Source of the DNA: Proteobacteria bacterium UBA4457
Lineage (GTDB): Bacteria; Pseudomonadota; Gammaproteobacteria; Ga0077536
Direction: 5' to 3'
Length of the DNA: 64,000 nt
NCBI GenBank assembly: GCA_002390205.1
Contig: DGOV01000094.1
Coordinates: 2,251 to 66,250 of the forward strand
Part shown: piece after piece, positions 1 through 10,095 of the stretch
Layout: each line of letters opens with the position of its first letter
Numbering within the stretch: position 1 is the stretch's first letter
Position numbers and translations under genes: made by a program
Notes under the pieces: model-generated
The model's database searches: none
Seen by the model: only the letters and a program-made list of their open reading frames with translations
Told to the model about the DNA's origin: nothing

Positions 1-1118
1 CTCAAGATGTTCAACCTATAATCCAAACGTTTGGCTCTGTGCGCGCATCTAGGACAGCTGAAATTCGATCCATGGTTCAGGGCCGTGTGATTTTTTTGAG
101 CGAGAGATTTCAGAATGGTCATTTTGTTGAAAAAGGAACAAAGCTTGTCGGTATTGATTCGAGTGATTTTGAATCTGCTTTGTCAGACCGTCGAGCGGAG
201 CTAGATCGTGACGAAGCCATTTTTACCGAATTGGAAGGTGAGCTAGTATGGGAGAGGCGTCTGAAGGTTGGCGTGGGACAGCAATTAGAGCTGGCTGACC
301 AAGAGCGTATCCGTGCAAGAGAATTGCTAGATCAAGGACTTCTAAGTAAGAAGGCTTTTGATGCTGCTGAGTCAGAATTTTTAAAAATTGAACAAGCGCG
401 TATGCAGCACGAACAAACTATCTCTCGTCTCGATTCTCGAATTGAGCAACAAACCGCTGCAGTAGTTATAGCAAAAACAGCGGTTAGAGATGCGCAGCGA
501 GACTTGGAAGACACCAATATTTACGCCCCGTTCTCGGGACATATTTCTGGAGTTGGGCTCGGTTTAGGACAGAGAGTTGCGATTGGCGAGGGTGTTGGGC
601 GGCTGATATCCTCGACTGAATTAGAGGTAATGTTTGATTTACCCGAGTCAGACTTTTCGCGAATTTTAAGTGAGCCATCTACTGGGAGTAATTTGCCAAC
701 AGAAAGCTTAATTGGAAAGCCATTAAAAATTTTGTGGCGCTTGGGCGGGTTAGTGAGGACATTTGGAGCAGAGCTTTCACGCATTGGTTCCGAAATTGAT
801 CCGTCGGTAGGCGGCATCCAGATTTATGCGGCGTTGGAGTCTGAGGCTTATCTAGAGGGAATTAGAGCGGGCGCATTCGTCGAAGTAGAGATGGTCGATC
901 AAATTTACAAAAATGTTTTTAAATTGCCTGTTAGTGCTCTGTCCAACGAGGACACGCTTTATCTTATTGTGGATGGCCGGTTGAAAAAATTTAACGTCAA
1001 GGTATTACGTATAGTTGATGGTGATATGTTGATAAATGCCATGCTTCCTAATGATGCAGTTGTCGTTAGTAGGGTGTTCTCGGAAATAGGCGAAGGTTTG
1101 AAAGCCGAGACCTTATAA
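1..1118 (+). CDS. RND efflux periplasmic adaptor (membrane fusion protein, HlyD/AcrA family); 5' end cut by window edge
   Basis: The reading frame stays open from base 3 (QDVQPIIQTFGSV precedes the listed GTG at 39). It has a coiled-coil-rich middle and a beta-rich C-terminus typical of MFPs. The stop lies 3 nt before the RND pump gene. Confidence 0.8.
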   Translation, partial: QDVQPIIQTFGSVRASRTAEIRSMVQGRVIFLSERFQNGHFVEKGTKLVGIDSSDFESALSDRRAELDRDEAIFTELEGELVWERRLKVGVGQQLELADQERIRARELLDQGLLSKKAFDAAESEFLKIEQARMQHEQTISRLDSRIEQQTAAVVIAKTAVRDAQRDLEDTNIYAPFSGHISGVGLGLGQRVAIGEGVGRLISSTELEVMFDLPESDFSRILSEPSTGSNLPTESLIGKPLKILWRLGGLVRTFGAELSRIGSEIDPSVGGIQIYAALESEAYLEGIRAGAFVEVEMVDQIYKNVFKLPVSALSNEDTLYLIVDGRLKKFNVKVLRIVDGDMLINAMLPNDAVVVSRVFSEIGEGLKAETL

Positions 1119-1121
1119 CCG

Positions 1122-4100
1122 GTGGCATCATATTCCATGATCAGATTTTTTGCTCAACATCGCACAGCTGCTAACTTATTGTTAGCTCTCATGGTGGTTT
1201 GTGGCATTACTGCTATCGGAAAAATAAATAGACAGTTTTTCCCGGATTTTGGTATTGATATTGTCACGGTTTCTGTGGCATGGCCTGGAGCTTCTGCATC
1301 CGACGTTGAAAAAAATATTATTCAGTCTATAGAACCTGAGCTTCGTTTTTTAAATGGGGTGAAGAAAATAGGGTCGACAGCCTATGAAGGGCGGGCATCG
1401 GTCGTCATCGAATTTGATCCAGGGCACAGCATGCAGGAAGCTCTTTCAGACATTGAGTCTGCCGTAGGGCAAGTCACGACCCTGCCCGACAATTCTGAGC
1501 GGCCAGAAATTAAACGGATAGTGAGATATGAAAGTATTTCAAAATTGGTTGTTTCTGGAGACTTTACGGAGCGGTCTTTGAGGGAAAGAGCCCGCCATAT
1601 AAGAGACGACTTGCTTGAAAGAGGAATCGATCGAGTTGACCTCTCCGGCATCAGACACGATGAAATATGGGTTGAAATGAAACCTCAGGCGCTGCACCAG
1701 TATGATCTTGAGTTGAAGGATGTTGCGGATACGATACGCGCAACGTCTCAGGACATTCCAGCAGGAGAATTAGGGGGCGGGGAAAGCCAAGTGCGAAGCC
1801 TTGGGTTGCTTACTAAAGCTCGCGAGATATCCCAAGTAGAAATTAAGGCGTTGTCAGATGGCCGTAGGATTCTATTGGGAGACATTTCTAGTGTGTCAGA
1901 ATCTTACCGCGAAGAAGATAATCGGGTGTACAGGCATGGAAAAAATGCGATCGAGTTAGACATAAAAAGATCCATTAACACCGATGCCTTAGATTCTTCT
2001 GAAACGGTCAGTAATTACGTGGAGGAACTCAATAGTAGGCTTCCGCCGCAGATCCAAGTCGAGCAATATGATGTTCGTGCGAAATCTATTCGAGAGAGAA
2101 TCGATTTGCTACTTCGAAACGGTATTGGTGGTTTAATTTTAGTTTTGGCAGTTTTGTTTTTGTTTTTAAACGCTCGAGTTGCGATCTGGGTTGCAATAGG
2201 CATTCCAGCTTCATTGCTGGCTACAGTTGCTATTATGTGGGTGAGTGGCCAGACAATTAATATGATCAGTCTTTTTGGAATGATTATGGCCATAGGTATT
2301 GTAGTTGACGACGCTATCGTAGTAGGAGAGCATGCAGAATACCAATTTCGTCAGGGATTGTCGTCATTAGAGGCTGCTGTGACTGGCGCTACTAGAATGG
2401 CAGCCCCTGTGCTTGCTTCGACAATGACAACAGTGGCAGCTTTCTTACCGTTGTTTGTCATTTCAGGGATTATGGGTCAAATAATCTCAGCGATTCCGTT
2501 TGTAGTAGTTGCGGTGCTCGTCGCCAGTTTAGTAGAGTGTTTTTTGGTATTGCCAGCCCACCTTGCGCATTCCTTAAAACGAGAGGATACGACATCTCAA
2601 AAAGCTGGTTTCCGTGTTTGGTTTGATAATGGGTTCGAACAATTTAAAGAGTTCAAATTCAAACGGTTTACTCGTTTTTCGGTACGTAACAGATATGCAA
2701 CTGTGGTCTTTGCTGTTGCTGCTTTAATTATATCAGTCGGCGCTGTTTTAGGAGGAAGAGTAGGTTACCAGTTTTTCCCATCTCCTGAGGCAGAAACCAT
2801 ATATGCCAAATTAGAAATGAGGAAAGGAACTTCCAGAGAGGAAACCAAGCGCGCCATTTTGGCTGTTGAGGGGAGTTTATACGGCGCGCTTACTGAAATG
2901 GATGTTGACCCAAATGACTTGGTTGTTATGACGCTTGCGAAGACTGGTGTTTCTGTTGGGACAGGAGGTCAAATGTCCCTAGGCAGCGATAGTACTTTAG
3001 CGGGAGTGCATGCTGAGTTGGTTTCTTCAGAGGAACGAGACATGAAGGCCTCAGAAGTTATTCAAGCCTGGCGCAAAGCAGTTTCTATCCCCAATAATGC
3101 CTCTTCTTTGACATTTGAGTCACAAAGAAGCGGCCCACCTGGCGGAGACTTAGATGTGCGGCTTTCAGGTGGATCGGTGGCGAAATTGAAGGAGGCAGCA
3201 CAGGAAGTAGCATTGCTTCTAAGCAAGTATAGTGGAGTCAGCGACATTGAGGACAATCTCCCATATGGAAAACCAGAAACGCATATACAGCTTAATAGTC
3301 GAGGAAGAGCTTTAGGTTTTTCTACAGTTTCTTTGGCAAATCAAGTACGTGACGCAGTGGATGGTATCGTCGCGAAGCGGTTTCCAAGAGGAGAGGAGGA
3401 AGTCTGGATACGGGTCCAATATGATAGGGATTTGGTGAGAGCAGGATTGCTAAATAAATTATATGTTCGTGCTCCTGATGGGTCTAGAGTAAAGCTGATG
3501 GGAGTTGCTGATTTTAAAAAAGAAACAGGCTTTTCGATTATTCGACGAGAGGATGGTCAGCGAGAGGTCTCAATTAGAGCTGAAGTAGACATGACAATGA
3601 CTAGGCCACAGTATCTAAGACAGGGCTTAGTCCGTGATGGGTTAGAAGATATATGTAACCGGTACGGGTTGACTTACAAGTTTGGTGGTCGCGCGCAAGA
3701 GGAAAAAGAAACGACTTCAGATATGCTTGTCGGAACAGTTCTGGGTCTTGTTTTTATTTACATCATTTTGGCTTGGGTTTTTTCTAGCTATGTCAGGCCA
3801 TTCGTCATTATGGCTGTGATACCTACAGGATTTGTAGGCGCAGTTTTAGGGCATGCCATTTGGGGCTTTGATCTAACTATCCTGAGTATTTTTGCTATTC
3901 TTGGACTATCTGGAATTGTGATTAATGATTCAATAGTTTTGGTTAAAACGGTCGATGAAAGAGCAGTTAAGGAGACTTTGCTAGACGCTGTTGTTAATGG
4001 AAGTGGAGATCGATTACGGGCTGTTATTTTGACTTCCGCGACTACGATAGGAGGGCTTTTGCCTTTGCTTTTCGAAACAAGTTTACAGGCACAATTTTTA

Positions 4101-4238
4101 ATACCTATGGCGTTGACGCTTGTATTTGGTCTTGCGTTAACGACTTTTATTGTTTTAATTCTAATTCCTGCATTGATCTTGATTGAAGATGATATCTGCC
4201 GATTTTTCAGTAATAAAATATTCACCAAAGAACTATAG
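1122..4238 (+). CDS. RND efflux permease (AcrB/AcrD/AcrF family inner-membrane transporter)
   Basis: The 1038 aa protein has 12-TM RND architecture with two large periplasmic loops. The N-terminus (FFAQHRTAANLLLALMVVCGI) and TM4 region (GMIMAIGIVVDDAIVVGE) are characteristic. It is coupled to the upstream MFP. Confidence 0.9.
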   Translation: MASYSMIRFFAQHRTAANLLLALMVVCGITAIGKINRQFFPDFGIDIVTVSVAWPGASASDVEKNIIQSIEPELRFLNGVKKIGSTAYEGRASVVIEFDPGHSMQEALSDIESAVGQVTTLPDNSERPEIKRIVRYESISKLVVSGDFTERSLRERARHIRDDLLERGIDRVDLSGIRHDEIWVEMKPQALHQYDLELKDVADTIRATSQDIPAGELGGGESQVRSLGLLTKAREISQVEIKALSDGRRILLGDISSVSESYREEDNRVYRHGKNAIELDIKRSINTDALDSSETVSNYVEELNSRLPPQIQVEQYDVRAKSIRERIDLLLRNGIGGLILVLAVLFLFLNARVAIWVAIGIPASLLATVAIMWVSGQTINMISLFGMIMAIGIVVDDAIVVGEHAEYQFRQGLSSLEAAVTGATRMAAPVLASTMTTVAAFLPLFVISGIMGQIISAIPFVVVAVLVASLVECFLVLPAHLAHSLKREDTTSQKAGFRVWFDNGFEQFKEFKFKRFTRFSVRNRYATVVFAVAALIISVGAVLGGRVGYQFFPSPEAETIYAKLEMRKGTSREETKRAILAVEGSLYGALTEMDVDPNDLVVMTLAKTGVSVGTGGQMSLGSDSTLAGVHAELVSSEERDMKASEVIQAWRKAVSIPNNASSLTFESQRSGPPGGDLDVRLSGGSVAKLKEAAQEVALLLSKYSGVSDIEDNLPYGKPETHIQLNSRGRALGFSTVSLANQVRDAVDGIVAKRFPRGEEEVWIRVQYDRDLVRAGLLNKLYVRAPDGSRVKLMGVADFKKETGFSIIRREDGQREVSIRAEVDMTMTRPQYLRQGLVRDGLEDICNRYGLTYKFGGRAQEEKETTSDMLVGTVLGLVFIYIILAWVFSSYVRPFVIMAVIPTGFVGAVLGHAIWGFDLTILSIFAILGLSGIVINDSIVLVKTVDERAVKETLLDAVVNGSGDRLRAVILTSATTIGGLLPLLFETSLQAQFLIPMALTLVFGLALTTFIVLILIPALILIEDDICRFFSNKIFTKEL

Positions 4239-5567
4239 CTGAATTTTGGTCCACTTCCTCCCGATCCAAAAGTTAATCCAGATCCCGGTTTGCACCATTC
4301 GATAAACTAACTGGGTTAACCAAATCGCGGTAAGACCGTAACCTAGAACGGGCCCTATTAAATAGGCTATCGGCAAGAAAACAACCCATTGACCTAAGAC
4401 TACAACAGTCATTACACGACGCGTATCACCCGCCCCCAGCAATGCACCTTGGAGGACAACGCCTGTTGCCTCATATAAAATGCTAATACCTATTAGCCGC
4501 ATGGGCCAGATGGCGAGGTCAAAAGTGTCGGGAGCTAACTTGTACAGCGAGTTCAGGATGATTTCAGGTGCCACTACAAATGGCAGTCCAATCAGAAACA
4601 TTCCGAAAAAAGCTACTTTAGACACATCCCAACCCCACTCCACTGCATCTTCCGCATCGCCTTTCCCTAAAGCTTGCCCGACCAACGTTGCAGCGGCCAA
4701 CCCCATTCCCATTCCGGGTAGCAAGGTTATAAGCCACATAGTGATTAGAACATTAGCCGCAGCGACCTCTGCCACTCCTATTTTTCCGATAATCCAAAAC
4801 ATTACGATGAATCCTGCGGCAAAAAACATCTGTTGTATGCCGTTAGGTAACGACAATTTGATTAGCTGATAAATTTCATTTGGCCTTGGGAGTCTCTTTA
4901 AGAAACCGTGTTGTCGAGCATGCCTAAATCCCAGAATGAAATAAGTTAAGGTGCCAAAGCCGATTGCAATTACTGACGCGATAGCAGCACCATCAACTCC
5001 AAGTTTAGGAGCTCCTAGATTGCCGAAGATGAGAATATAATTTAAGAAGATGTTGACGGCGTGCATTGAAACCAGTGATTTCAAGTAAAGCCATGTCATA
5101 TCTACTGCGTTCCAATATCCCCGAAACGCAAAATTTGCCGCCACAAAAACAATACTGATTGCCCTGATCTGTAGGTAAGGAATTCCAAGTTCAGCCACGT
5201 TTGGATCACTGCTCAGAATGGGGAAGAATTTTGGTGCTAACCAAATAAGTCCGAGTGTTAAGAACGGGCTTGCAATTAATATGACTACCAGCGCCGTATT
5301 GAGACAATGAGCTGTAGTGTCGCTCCTTCCTTGTCCTTTTTGTCGTGACGCAGATGCCTGCACCCCTGTAGATAGACCAAGGAGTAAAGCTTGGGAAAAA
5401 AAAAGTATGAACCCCCCAAATCCTACTGCTGCTAATGCTGCATTACTCTCGCTCAATCGGCTGACCATAGCCGTATCTACTAAGTTTAAGATATTTTGAG
5501 AGACCATAGCGCCGATAATAGGGAGCGCTAATACTGTTATGCGACGCACGCGTTGTGATTCAAGCAA
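4233..5567 (-). CDS. MATE family efflux transporter (NorM/DinF-like)
   Basis: The 444 aa polytopic protein has the MATE N-terminal signature region LALPIIGAMVSQNILNLVDTAMVSRL and a two-fold internal repeat of hydrophobic segments. Confidence 0.85.
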   Translation of the reverse strand: MLESQRVRRITVLALPIIGAMVSQNILNLVDTAMVSRLSESNAALAAVGFGGFILFFSQALLLGLSTGVQASASRQKGQGRSDTTAHCLNTALVVILIASPFLTLGLIWLAPKFFPILSSDPNVAELGIPYLQIRAISIVFVAANFAFRGYWNAVDMTWLYLKSLVSMHAVNIFLNYILIFGNLGAPKLGVDGAAIASVIAIGFGTLTYFILGFRHARQHGFLKRLPRPNEIYQLIKLSLPNGIQQMFFAAGFIVMFWIIGKIGVAEVAAANVLITMWLITLLPGMGMGLAAATLVGQALGKGDAEDAVEWGWDVSKVAFFGMFLIGLPFVVAPEIILNSLYKLAPDTFDLAIWPMRLIGISILYEATGVVLQGALLGAGDTRRVMTVVVLGQWVVFLPIAYLIGPVLGYGLTAIWLTQLVYRMVQTGIWINFWIGRKWTKIQL

Positions 5568-5683
5568 GATTTTGGGCTTTATGTTTGGTAAATTGTAAGG
5601 TCAGTCGAAGTCGGTAATTTTTCGACAAGTTGTGAGCACAGCATATATCCTTAGTTAGCAAGAAGCCATGACAGCTTCGGCGT

Positions 5684-7147
5684 GTGATGACATTTAGGAG
5701 TAGAGCGGCAATGCATTATAAGAATGAGCTTGATGATTTAGATGCTACTGCAATGGCAGACTTAGTTCGGGCTGGCGAGATCTCTGCCTTGGAGTTGGTT
5801 GATAATTCGATTTATCGATGTGAGCAAGTGAATGGACTGTTAAATGCGGTAATAACCGAAATGTTTGACGACGCTCGTCAGAAAGCAAGTAAAAAAATCC
5901 CTGAAGGTCCTTTTGCAGGAGTTCCTTTTTTAATGAAGGACTTTGCAGCGGAGGTAGCGGGCGTCGCCTTTCAAGAAGGGAGTTGTTTTCTAAAAGATTA
6001 TATTCCCTCTCAGGACTCAGAGATTTACACACGATTTTGCAGATCAGGCCTTATTACCATTGGTAAAACAAATCTGCCCGAATTTGCTATTGGAGTGACA
6101 ACAGAGCCAAAACTATTTGGTTCTACTCATAATCCCTGGGATTTGACGAGAACACCAGGAGGGTCTAGTGGAGGCGCGGGGGCAGCAGTTGCAGCTAGAG
6201 TCGTACCAATGGCTCATGGAAATGATGTTGGAGGTTCTATACGAATTCCTGCTTCTGCTTGCGGTTTGGTAGGTTTGAAGCCCACGAGAGGTCGTTCTAC
6301 TTTAGCTCCACATTATGGTGATCTACTTGGAGGTTTTTTTGTTGAGAATGGCTTGACCCGAAGTGTCCGGGACTGCGCTGGTTTGTTGGATGTGATTTCA
6401 GGGCCAGGTATTGGAGAGCCCTATATGGCAGCTCCTCGTGTAGGTCTATATGCGGACGATATTGGCAAAGACCCCGGGAATTTAAAAATTGCTTATTCGA
6501 CAGTCACTCCTCTCGGAGATCCGCTAGATGAAGAGTGCATCAAAGCTATTTTAGCTACTGCTAAAACTTGTGAAGAACTTGGCTTTCAAGTTTCAGAAGC
6601 AGCTCCTTCCTTTGATGCGATGGAACTTTGGACGAAATTTACATCGCTGCTTGCCTCTGGCGTGGCCTGGGCAATGTCAGATTGGAGTCGGCGGCTCGGA
6701 CGAGATCTTTCAGAGAGTGATTTTGAGGAATTCGTTTGGGCTTTTGGTCAGCGTGGATTTGCGCTCAGCGCATCAGAATACCTTCTGGCTATGCAAGATG
6801 TACAGGCTCAGGTTAGGGCAATAAGCTCATTTTATGAAGAGCATGATATTTGGCTCACTACGACTTTGGGTCAGCCTCCTGTAGAGCTTGGCACCTTGGT
6901 TTATCAAGGTGACCCTTTTGAGTTGCGCAGAAGAATGGCTAGATTTTCTCCTTACACCTACTTGAGCAACGCTACAGGACAGCCGTCTATTTCTCTTCCT
7001 TTGCATTGGACAGAAGATAACTTGCCTGTAGGTTTGCATTTTACCGCTCGTACCGGTTGTGAAAATATTTTGATTCGCTTGGCGTCAAAGCTTGAAGAGG
7101 CTTTGCCTTGGGCGCATCGGAAGCCATCAATATGCGAGGTTCTATGA
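5684..7147 (+). CDS. Amidase (amidase-signature family)
   Basis: It has the GGSSGGAGAAVAA Gly/Ser-rich AS signature, the upstream catalytic Lys context (PFLMKDF) and GGSIRIPAS. The length is about 487 aa. Confidence 0.85.
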   Translation: MMTFRSRAAMHYKNELDDLDATAMADLVRAGEISALELVDNSIYRCEQVNGLLNAVITEMFDDARQKASKKIPEGPFAGVPFLMKDFAAEVAGVAFQEGSCFLKDYIPSQDSEIYTRFCRSGLITIGKTNLPEFAIGVTTEPKLFGSTHNPWDLTRTPGGSSGGAGAAVAARVVPMAHGNDVGGSIRIPASACGLVGLKPTRGRSTLAPHYGDLLGGFFVENGLTRSVRDCAGLLDVISGPGIGEPYMAAPRVGLYADDIGKDPGNLKIAYSTVTPLGDPLDEECIKAILATAKTCEELGFQVSEAAPSFDAMELWTKFTSLLASGVAWAMSDWSRRLGRDLSESDFEEFVWAFGQRGFALSASEYLLAMQDVQAQVRAISSFYEEHDIWLTTTLGQPPVELGTLVYQGDPFELRRRMARFSPYTYLSNATGQPSISLPLHWTEDNLPVGLHFTARTGCENILIRLASKLEEALPWAHRKPSICEVL

Positions 7148-7240
7148 ATGATATTACTCGTGAATCTTTCAGCCTAGGTGTGAGTACTAATCTTTAGTCG
7201 ATTCGTCACCGGAGATGGAAAAAAGATTACTTTCTTCCTG

Positions 7241-8455
7241 CTAGAGGTATTGACTTGGATCACTGGCAGCAGTGACTGAAAGTAAGACCTCTGGCGTAAT
7301 GTAATGTGCGGCCTTAGCCTGCGCATCGGGATCCTCGCTTTGCGGCCCGAGATAACTGCCCAAATCCCTGCCCCAATTGACTACTGATGTCCCATATTTA
7401 AGTCGTTCTTTTTCCCACTCGGGCAAAGCTGAGGTTTCAGAAGATCCAAGCGCTTGGGCTAAAGATGCACCATCATCAGCTGCTTTCGAAACCCCCATAC
7501 CCACATGTGGTCGTGCTGTGAATGCTGCATCGCCAACTAAAATTGCACGATCGAAGATTAATCTCTCAGAGAAGAAGTCATACATTGGCTGTAGGAAAGG
7601 TGCGCGCGTGGCAGCGATAATTTCTTGAATTTGTGGGGCAAGATAGTCTGTCGATTCCTTTCTCATTTTGTTTATAAGCTCCTTGCGAATCAAGTGCCGA
7701 GGAATTCCTCCCTCATAATACTTCCCAGATTCATCAGTGAGGTAATCGCTCAGGTCTTCTGCGTCGGCGGTGCGGTACCAACCCCAGTTGTACCAGCGAT
7801 CTCCGGATGTTAATTCATCTTTTGGTCCAGCTACAAGGTATCCTAGCCAGTGACCTCCAGGTGCCATCCCGAAACTTACCTGTAGGGCGATTTGCTCTAG
7901 TACTTTAGGAGAGATTAAGCGCTCATTTATGAGTCCGCGCCAGCCTAAGTACCCCGCATAAATAGGATTGACATCTGGTGCGACTATTTTTCTCACTTGC
8001 GATTGGCTACCGTCTGCGCCAATTAACCAGTCAGCTTCAACTGAATGCCCATTACTAAAAGTAGCAGTAATCGAGTTGCTGTTAGATTTTATGCTTATTA
8101 AATTATGGTCACTATGATAGTTTCTCTCATCTATTTGTGTCCTTAAAAACCGATAGATTAGACCCCAAGAGGTCATTATTTGAGCCATGTCTCGCGTGTG
8201 TGTAATGCGCCCTTTTTGATTTAGCATTAGCCTACCTTTTGACGGCACGCCCATTTCGTCCCTTATTTCTATCCCAGCTGTCCTTAGCGCGTCGTATAAC
8301 TGATCGTGCGTTGCAATACCTGCACCGGTATTAGTCAAGGCCCCGGTAGAGCGTTCAAAAATATGTACTTTGAAACCTCGTGATTTAAGCGCTATCGCAG
8401 TAAAAAGGCCTGCCATCGATCCACCTATGATAGCTACTTCACTTCTGTTTTTCAC
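7241..8455 (-). CDS. FAD-dependent monooxygenase (aromatic-ring hydroxylase-like)
   Basis: It has an N-terminal GxGxxG dinucleotide fold (VAIIGGSMAGLFTAIAL..IFER) and a C-terminal GDAA..RPHVGMG..A.DD FAD motif. Confidence 0.8.
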   Translation of the reverse strand: MKNRSEVAIIGGSMAGLFTAIALKSRGFKVHIFERSTGALTNTGAGIATHDQLYDALRTAGIEIRDEMGVPSKGRLMLNQKGRITHTRDMAQIMTSWGLIYRFLRTQIDERNYHSDHNLISIKSNSNSITATFSNGHSVEADWLIGADGSQSQVRKIVAPDVNPIYAGYLGWRGLINERLISPKVLEQIALQVSFGMAPGGHWLGYLVAGPKDELTSGDRWYNWGWYRTADAEDLSDYLTDESGKYYEGGIPRHLIRKELINKMRKESTDYLAPQIQEIIAATRAPFLQPMYDFFSERLIFDRAILVGDAAFTARPHVGMGVSKAADDGASLAQALGSSETSALPEWEKERLKYGTSVVNWGRDLGSYLGPQSEDPDAQAKAAHYITPEVLLSVTAASDPSQYL

Positions 8456-8494
8456 AACTAACCCTCCACAAAAATTGATTTATTTCTACCGTAT

Positions 8495-9043
8495 TTAGTT
8501 GATTAAACTCGCTTTTTCTTGACCAAGAGATTTTAGGTGGACACCACCTTTTTTATCGATTAACAGATGTGTTATGGATACGTTATCAGGCTGGAATAAC
8601 ACTAATCGATCGTCATTCTGTAGCCGTCCTATCAAAGAGTTTATGACCATGAAATGAGTGAAAATAACAGTATCATGACTAATCGTGGTAAGAGCGTCCC
8701 AAGAGTTTGCTCTCCAATCTCTCAGTTTTGGGCTAACCTCTGTCCACCTAAGACTTGCAATTCCTTGAAGCCATTTTCGCCTATCCTTTTGTTCTAATTC
8801 AGTGGGAATTTCTTTAAAACGTTCATCTATAAAAACATACGCCCCCAATTCTTTTGCCAGCGGTGCTGCAGTTTCGCGTGCTCTAAGTAAAGGGCTTGAG
8901 TAGATTTTAAGTGGGCCTTGATCTTTGAAGCGTCTTATCACTGATTGTGATTGTTGGTGACCATGTGCGCTTAGCTCTGAATCAGTCGAGTCCGCCCATG
9001 AATGCTCAGCTTCTCCATGACGCACGAGATATATGTTGACCAT
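8495..9043 (-). CDS. Histidine phosphatase family protein (PGAM/SixA-like)
   Basis: It has the RHG catalytic motif at the N-terminus (IYLVRHGEAEHSW) and SPLLRARETA downstream. Confidence 0.8.
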   Translation of the reverse strand: MVNIYLVRHGEAEHSWADSTDSELSAHGHQQSQSVIRRFKDQGPLKIYSSPLLRARETAAPLAKELGAYVFIDERFKEIPTELEQKDRRKWLQGIASLRWTEVSPKLRDWRANSWDALTTISHDTVIFTHFMVINSLIGRLQNDDRLVLFQPDNVSITHLLIDKKGGVHLKSLGQEKASLIN

Positions 9044-9284
9044 TACTTTGTAACCTTATACTTATCGCTCGTTTTTCTGCTCCATTGCACCAAGAGATCG
9101 GAATTATTCCACCTGTTGGTATTTCTAGTCATCATGAAGCTCATTAAATTGTTCTTCAAGGCTTTGCTAGAATTAGATCTAAGGCAGTAATCGTAAAAAG
9201 GTAAACGTGTGTGCTACATTAAGATCTCTTAAATGAACTCGGGTTGAGCGAGTTTTCGTTGTTACCAAAGTAAGTGGTGCGGAT

Positions 9285-10073
9285 ATGGCAAAGTTACAAT
9301 TAGGTGAACTGCAGTTTAACTACTCTATGGTGGGTCCCGCAAACGCACCAGTTATAGTCTTTTCTAATTCCTTAGGCGCGAATTTGACGATGTGGGAGCC
9401 TCAGATCGATTTTTTCCAAAAGAAATTTCGGGTTTTGACTTATGACCAAAGGGGGCACGGAGAGACAGACGTCCCTGAGCAAAGTTTCCAGTTCGATGAC
9501 CTAGCCTATGATGTTATTAGATTGATAGATGCCTTGGACATAGACAAAGTGCATTTTGTCGGTTTGTCTATGGGAGGGATGACAGCTTTAGGCCTTGCTA
9601 TTAAATATCCAGAGCGCTTACTCAGTGTGACCGCAAGCAATTGTGTAGCTAGTTTTTCTCCGGAAGCAAGACAGGCTTGGACTGAGAGGGCATCGAGCGT
9701 TTCTGCTCATGGTTTGGAACCAATTCTGGAGGCAACTATACAAAGATGGTTTACTGAAACGATGATTTCAAATCAACCGGTTGATATTGCTGGTGTACGA
9801 GCAATGATTTTAAATACTACTATTGATGGCTATGTAGGATGCTGTGGCGCTATACGCGATCTAGATTATATGGAAGGAATGGCCTCTATTAGGGTGAAAA
9901 CCCTTTTGGTTGGTGGAACCTACGACTTGGGTACACCGCCAACCGAGATGAAAAAAATGGCTTCACTCATTCCCGATTCGAAATACGTTGAGCTAGATAC
10001 TGCACATGTCTCAAATTTAGAGGCACCCACTGAGTTCAATCAAACGCTGGATCATTTTTTATCTGAAGTTTGA
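9285..10073 (+). CDS. Alpha/beta hydrolase, 3-oxoadipate enol-lactonase-like
   Basis: It has the nucleophile elbow GLSMGG, an HGxxD region (DQRGHGETD) and a C-terminal His (DTAHVSNLE). At 262 aa it resembles PcaD-type lactonases. Confidence 0.7.
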   Translation: MAKLQLGELQFNYSMVGPANAPVIVFSNSLGANLTMWEPQIDFFQKKFRVLTYDQRGHGETDVPEQSFQFDDLAYDVIRLIDALDIDKVHFVGLSMGGMTALGLAIKYPERLLSVTASNCVASFSPEARQAWTERASSVSAHGLEPILEATIQRWFTETMISNQPVDIAGVRAMILNTTIDGYVGCCGAIRDLDYMEGMASIRVKTLLVGGTYDLGTPPTEMKKMASLIPDSKYVELDTAHVSNLEAPTEFNQTLDHFLSEV

Positions 10074-10095
10074 TTCATAACGGTAATTAATTTTC

